Shown here in pieces: positions 60,479 through 64,000 of a stretch of 64,000 nucleotides of DNA. Every line of letters starts with the position of its first letter. Positions within the stretch are counted from its first letter, which is position 1. A model generated the notes under the pieces. It had not been told where the DNA came from. It did not search any database and saw only the letters and a program-made list of their open reading frames with translations. Location of the stretch: positions 1,163 to 65,162 of the forward strand of contig CAYIHQ010000001.1 in the NCBI GenBank assembly GCA_964362905.1, read 5' to 3'. The position numbers and the translations under genes are program-made. This stretch comes from an uncultured Ignavibacteriaceae bacterium (lineage in GTDB: Bacteria; Bacteroidota; Ignavibacteria; UBA10030).

Positions 60479-60681
60479 GATGCTGAAATCTCCTCCTCTA
60501 CTGGCACTGCATTGTGTGCATCATCGAGCACGGGTTTCTGGAGAGCCCCTATCAGGTTACCGATAGCAAAGACCTCTGCCCCGCTGAAAGTGTGAGTGCG
60601 AATTAGCTCCAGGAGCATACCGATCTGTTCCCCTGTCAGAAGCACACGAAAGGATTTGCTCTTCGGAACCCGGATCTCCAT
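60475..60681 (-). CDS. hypothetical protein (68 aa)
   Basis: Trimmed to the ATG at 60681 (MEIRVPKSK...), 4 nt after the upstream stop. Confidence 0.45.
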   Translation of the reverse strand: MEIRVPKSKSFRVLLTGEQIGMLLELIRTHTFSGAEVFAIGNLIGALQKPVLDDAHNAVPVEEEISAS

Positions 60682-60685
60682 GGAC

Positions 60686-61546
60686 TCAGCCCTGCTTCGA
60701 TTGCCCATCCGTCATCTCAACGAAAGGCCCTCCCCATGTTGTCTGCTGTTCCATCCAAGAGAAAAACTGCTGATAGCTCTCCATGCTATTCCTTGCCTCC
60801 AGGATGAGATCAGCCAAATCCTCTCGTCTGTTGCACACGGGGATCTCGATGCCTGACCAACGGATCAGACCACAGATTTCATTGGCGTTTCCGCAGAAGA
60901 GAAAGGGTGTCCGGGCCAAGCACGCGGCATAGACTTCTGTCGGGAACCCGGTCACGCAGAGTCCAGCCGTAGCAATCTTCAGAATCGAGAGGCCCCAAGA
61001 GCCCTTATCTAGAGCGTAGGCAGGCCAGCCACGAAAGATTGGATCAGATTTGCGTACCCAGAAATGTTGGGGAAAGGCGCCCACTATGCAACGACCAGAT
61101 AAGCCTTTGGACGCACAACCCGGGACAGGAATGCCTTCTCGATCCAACGCGGAGTGTAGATGCAGCCTCGCGGTAACACCCTGCTTCTCCATCTCCTTGT
61201 GGCTGATCGTCTCCGTCGTCACCACACTAGCTGACTGGAGAACGCTGGACCACCGCGGATTGGTGTAGAGGCCCGACCACGAGGCGTTTACCAGCCAAAC
61301 CTTCTTCCCCAAGCTGATCCCGTGCGCAGTCAGAGTCAACATGGACTCCGCGTAGTGCGTGGGCAGGTAGTTCCAGTCCCCGTTGACCACGAGGGTATCC
61401 GCTGCCTGAAACTGCGAACCATTCACCTCATGCGCCCCAAACAGGTGCCGCCCCGCAATGTTCTTCTCCCCCAGAAGCCGCGTCAACGACAGCGACCCAG
61501 GAAGATGCAGATGATGCGTCGTATCGTTGGCCAGGAAGATGCTCAC
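60686..61546 (-). CDS. polysaccharide pyruvyl-transferase-like (CsaB/WcaK-type, GT-B-like) protein
   Basis: DTLVVNGDWNY...GISLGKKVWLVNASWSG...VVTTETISHKEMEKQGVTARLHLHSAL and LCVTGFPTEVYAACLARTPFLFCGNANEICGLIRWSG follow the PS_pyruv_trans pattern as I recall it. Confidence 0.4.
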   Translation of the reverse strand: MSIFLANDTTHHLHLPGSLSLTRLLGEKNIAGRHLFGAHEVNGSQFQAADTLVVNGDWNYLPTHYAESMLTLTAHGISLGKKVWLVNASWSGLYTNPRWSSVLQSASVVTTETISHKEMEKQGVTARLHLHSALDREGIPVPGCASKGLSGRCIVGAFPQHFWVRKSDPIFRGWPAYALDKGSWGLSILKIATAGLCVTGFPTEVYAACLARTPFLFCGNANEICGLIRWSGIEIPVCNRREDLADLILEARNSMESYQQFFSWMEQQTTWGGPFVEMTDGQSKQG

Positions 61547-62097
61547 GCAAACACCAGCTCATCCCCGAAGATGCTGCTCTTTACGATGCTTACGTGGGGG
61601 AACTCACACGCGACTCGCTTGAGCTGAGCATCCCATGTCTCTGTAGAGAACCGAAGGGTCTCCACAGGGTAATTTGGTGAACCTACGTAGTGGTTTGAGA
61701 CGAAGCCCGCAGAGTCCGCCCCATCCCATCCCACGAGATGAATGGGATTGCAGCCGGCAAGCGCCGCTACATGGACCATCATCGGACCCGTGGACCACGA
61801 GGGATCGTGGTCCCAGAGATACAGATGCTCCTGTGAGTGCGCAGCCAACCACTCCTCTACCTGGGGCTGCACACGAGAGGAAGCTACCACCACATGATCG
61901 CGGGCGTAGCCTGCCCGCAGGATCTCCATGAGCATCCCCAAGTCGGAGACACCAAGAAAATCAGGAGAAAAATCTCGATATAGGGCGTTGCACCCCATGG
62001 AGATCACCCCTGGGGGGCGGAATGGCACTTTCGGCCGGGGCCGGCTGCAACCGTTGCCCAGCACTACCGCGGCACCCCAGAGAGATAGGCTCTTCAC
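61543..62097 (-). CDS. DUF115 / MptE-Maf-like (GT42 sialyltransferase-like) transferase
   Basis: AAVVLGNGCS (compare GNGPSL), VISMGCNALYRDFSPDFLGVSD, and STGPMMVHVAALAGCNPIHLVGWDGA (compare G.s...a..lA..lG...I.L.G.D). Confidence 0.5.
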   Translation of the reverse strand: MKSLSLWGAAVVLGNGCSRPRPKVPFRPPGVISMGCNALYRDFSPDFLGVSDLGMLMEILRAGYARDHVVVASSRVQPQVEEWLAAHSQEHLYLWDHDPSWSTGPMMVHVAALAGCNPIHLVGWDGADSAGFVSNHYVGSPNYPVETLRFSTETWDAQLKRVACEFPHVSIVKSSIFGDELVFA

Positions 62098-62468
62098 CGA
62101 CGCCTCCGCAAGTGCCTTCGGAGCAGCGCGAACACGCCCTTACCATAGAGCCCTTCGGAAAGCCTGGGAAACACAAGCGTGCGCAATCCTTCGGACTGTA
62201 TGGAGTGGATCTTGAAGTTCCGTGCGTGCCGCACATGTACCGTGTAGTGCTCTTCTCCATCTGGAAAAACATCGTCCAAGTCGGCGTGGCGGGCATCAAA
62301 AGCAACAGCCACAGGTCCGTAGCCCGCAGCATGCCCTCCAGGGCGATTGGACGCCCAGATGTGGCTGACATAGTGCGCGGACATCCCCGGGTCTATCCGC
62401 TTGGAGAAGGATTGCCGGCGGATGATCTCGGCGGCATGCGCATGGGACGTATGGTGGTAGAGCCTCAT
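62094..62468 (-). CDS. small ADP-ribosyltransferase-like protein (H-Y-D/E type?), very tentative
   Basis: MRLYHHTSHAHAAEIIRRQSF resembles the YH(G/x)T(S) start of H-Y-E/D clade ART and Tpt1-like domains. Possible Y (AHYVSH) and acidic (DDVFPDGEEHYTV) positions follow. It has ATGA overlaps with both neighbours. Confidence 0.3.
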   Translation of the reverse strand: MRLYHHTSHAHAAEIIRRQSFSKRIDPGMSAHYVSHIWASNRPGGHAAGYGPVAVAFDARHADLDDVFPDGEEHYTVHVRHARNFKIHSIQSEGLRTLVFPRLSEGLYGKGVFALLRRHLRRRR

Positions 62469-62728
62469 TCCACTACTTTTTCACGCTGCTGACTCATCAG
62501 AGTCTTCAGCATGCGCTTCCCATAGTATCCGATGACCAGGAGTACAGCACCTACAGAGGGGAGCACCACCGTCAACGTCCAGTTCTTCAGCTCCTCCGTC
62601 GTCTCGTGCAGATCCGACGATGCCATTCGCACCTCACGAGAAGCCTCTTTGGTGTTCCGCGCACTCTCCGCCAGGCTGCACGCCAGGAGGACAACGAGAG
62701 TTGCAGGGAAAAACAGATGCCATCTCAC
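62465..62728 (-). CDS. small membrane protein with an N-terminal signal/lipobox-like segment and a C-terminal transmembrane helix (holin or u-spanin-like topology)
   Basis: MRWHLFFPATLVVLLAC-S (LLAC lipobox-like) and WTLTVVLPSVGAVLLVIGYYG. Confidence 0.5.
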   Translation of the reverse strand: MRWHLFFPATLVVLLACSLAESARNTKEASREVRMASSDLHETTEELKNWTLTVVLPSVGAVLLVIGYYGKRMLKTLMSQQREKVVE

Positions 62729-62743
62729 TCGTCGTGTCCTCGC

Positions 62744-63754
62744 TTAGACCTCAAACTTGTAGCGTTTTGGCACCCAAGGAATACGCTCCCTCTGTGAGAA
62801 GCTTTTCAGATCCTTCATTCGAGCAGTAATACCCTTGCGTTGGTGGGGGTGCAACGTCCACTTCTTTACAGCAAGGTTTGCTCTCTTTCTAAGGATGTCA
62901 TGGCCCATCGCCACATTCGTCAAGATGTCGTATGCCTTGGGAGTCCGATAAGTAGGCCCACGATCCCCGACTACTGGCTCGGACATACTCGCTCTGGCTG
63001 CACGAGCAGCAGCTAGTAGCTGTTTCGTATGCCATTGCGCAAAGTTCTTGATCTTACGCAGCCTCAGCTTCCGCTCCTCCGGATCCTTCACACGCCGAGA
63101 CCACTTGACTTGGGGATTCTTCTGTAACAGATCCTTCAGCTTCCGCTGCTTTTCTAGCCCCAAATCAGATGCGGACACACGCTGAAGTTTGTTGGCACGC
63201 CACTGTCGATTTGCCCTCAACTTCGCATGCGCTTCCCTGGGTCCTCCCATGCCACGAGAACGTGGCCTAAACTTCTTGACGATGTACTGAGCCCTGTAGT
63301 GCCGATCCCAGTGGGGCGACTCTATAGGATCTCTATGTCCTGATGGCGAAGGCTGCTCCCCGTGCGCGATGTGCGCCAGCGTCTTCTGCTTCTTGCTGAA
63401 GTCCGTCAGCTTGCGTAGGCGTACCCAGCGAGCCTGCGGATCCACTGCTTCTATTTTCCCCTTCAGCTTATTGGCACGCTGGCTCGCACGTCGTTGCTGA
63501 TTCCACCTCAACCGCGCATGTAACTTGTCTCTCTCCTTGTCATACCGCGGCATGAACTTCTTGATGGTATCGTGCGCCCTGTAGTGTCGATCCCAGTGGG
63601 GAAACTCGCTGGGGGTACGCCGTGATAACGCAGGCTGCTGCTCCCCCCTAGCAATATAAGCTAGTTCTTTCTGTCTATTTCCGTAGTCCAGCAGCTTACG
63701 CAGGCGTACCCAACGGGACTGCGGATCCACCGCTTCTAGCACAGAGCACATCAT
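62744..63754 (-). CDS. Arg/Lys-rich protein with three tandem units of the LEAVDP..R..RL(K/R)K family (336 aa)
   Basis: Unit heads are LEAVDPQSRWVRLRKLLDYG, IEAVDPQARWVRLRKLTDFS and VKDPEERKLRLRKIKNFA. Units 1 and 2 also share PHWDRHYRA...KKF.PR. Confidence 0.65.
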   Translation of the reverse strand: MMCSVLEAVDPQSRWVRLRKLLDYGNRQKELAYIARGEQQPALSRRTPSEFPHWDRHYRAHDTIKKFMPRYDKERDKLHARLRWNQQRRASQRANKLKGKIEAVDPQARWVRLRKLTDFSKKQKTLAHIAHGEQPSPSGHRDPIESPHWDRHYRAQYIVKKFRPRSRGMGGPREAHAKLRANRQWRANKLQRVSASDLGLEKQRKLKDLLQKNPQVKWSRRVKDPEERKLRLRKIKNFAQWHTKQLLAAARAARASMSEPVVGDRGPTYRTPKAYDILTNVAMGHDILRKRANLAVKKWTLHPHQRKGITARMKDLKSFSQRERIPWVPKRYKFEV

Positions 63755-64000
63755 CGCAGGTGCTCCCAGACCACGCTGGTGTGTGGGTGAACCGTATTCC
63801 CACCCTCTGAATAGACCGGCTTACCCCCCTCAAGATGATGGTGCAGACCCACAAAGCCAGGACGCATCGCGTAGACACGCCCCTTGAATATGCCCTTCAC
63901 GTTGTGAACCGGCAAATCCCCTGGAACCTCTACATCGTCACCACCACGATCAGTGCGAATAATTGCGTGCTCAGGCTTCTTGATCTTTATGACGTACGCT
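63751..64000 (-). CDS. C-terminal 83 codons of an unidentified protein; the gene runs off the right window edge
   Basis: Absent from the ORF track. Manual translation gives ...AYVIKIKKPEHAIIRTDRGGDDVEVPGDLPVHNVKGIFKGRVYAMRPGFVGLHHHLEGGKPVYSEGGNTVHPHTSVVWEHLR*. The stop makes an ATGA overlap with the start at 63754. Confidence 0.5.
   Translation of the reverse strand, partial: AYVIKIKKPEHAIIRTDRGGDDVEVPGDLPVHNVKGIFKGRVYAMRPGFVGLHHHLEGGKPVYSEGGNTVHPHTSVVWEHLR

Overview
This 64-kb, high-GC window is a segment of a contractile-tailed dsDNA phage or prophage. Every convincing gene lies on the minus strand, and many neighbouring genes are linked by ATGA or TGATG start/stop overlaps. In transcription order (high to low coordinates) the modules are:
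- An accessory, glycan-type cassette at about 62.7-60.2 kb: a lipoprotein-like membrane protein, an ART-like protein, a DUF115/Maf-like transferase and a pyruvyl-transferase-like protein.
- A beta-helix protein.
- A head module: T4 gp23-like major capsid protein, a gp21-like prohead protease fused to a coiled-coil scaffold, and small beta-sandwich paralogues.
- A 2436-aa fibre-like giant protein.
- Neck and adaptor genes.
- Sheath, tube, a frameshifted chaperone and the tape measure.
- A Mu/P2-type baseplate (gpD-, gpV/VgrG-, gpW/gp25-, gpJ- and gpI-like) plus fibres, followed by a strong terminator.
- A replication and recombination module: a minimal class-II aaRS-like ligase behind a structured leader, an SF2 helicase, DnaB, primase, a sigma factor, a DUF932-like protein, a UDG-exo-PolA fusion, a gp32-like SSB, a RecA-like recombinase and a FEN.

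I recognised no rRNA, tRNA, CRISPR array, integrase, transposase, portal or terminase. Three ORFs absent from the supplied track were found by hand: two open at the window edges and one 56-codon ORF.

The most novel-looking items are:
1. The mini class-II aaRS-like gene and its roughly 370-nt hairpin-rich leader.
2. A dispersed family of Arg/Lys-rich proteins sharing an MRFLVLEAVDPEERKLRLKKL head, whose first 61 nt are almost identical at two loci.
3. About 30 tandem 15-residue S-K/R-G repeats in the giant protein, which recur in a small fibre-like gene inside the replication module.
4. A repeat module shared by the capsid-protein insertion and the giant protein.
5. Five stand-alone beta-sandwich paralogues.

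All functional calls rest on motif recognition by eye. No database search was run.
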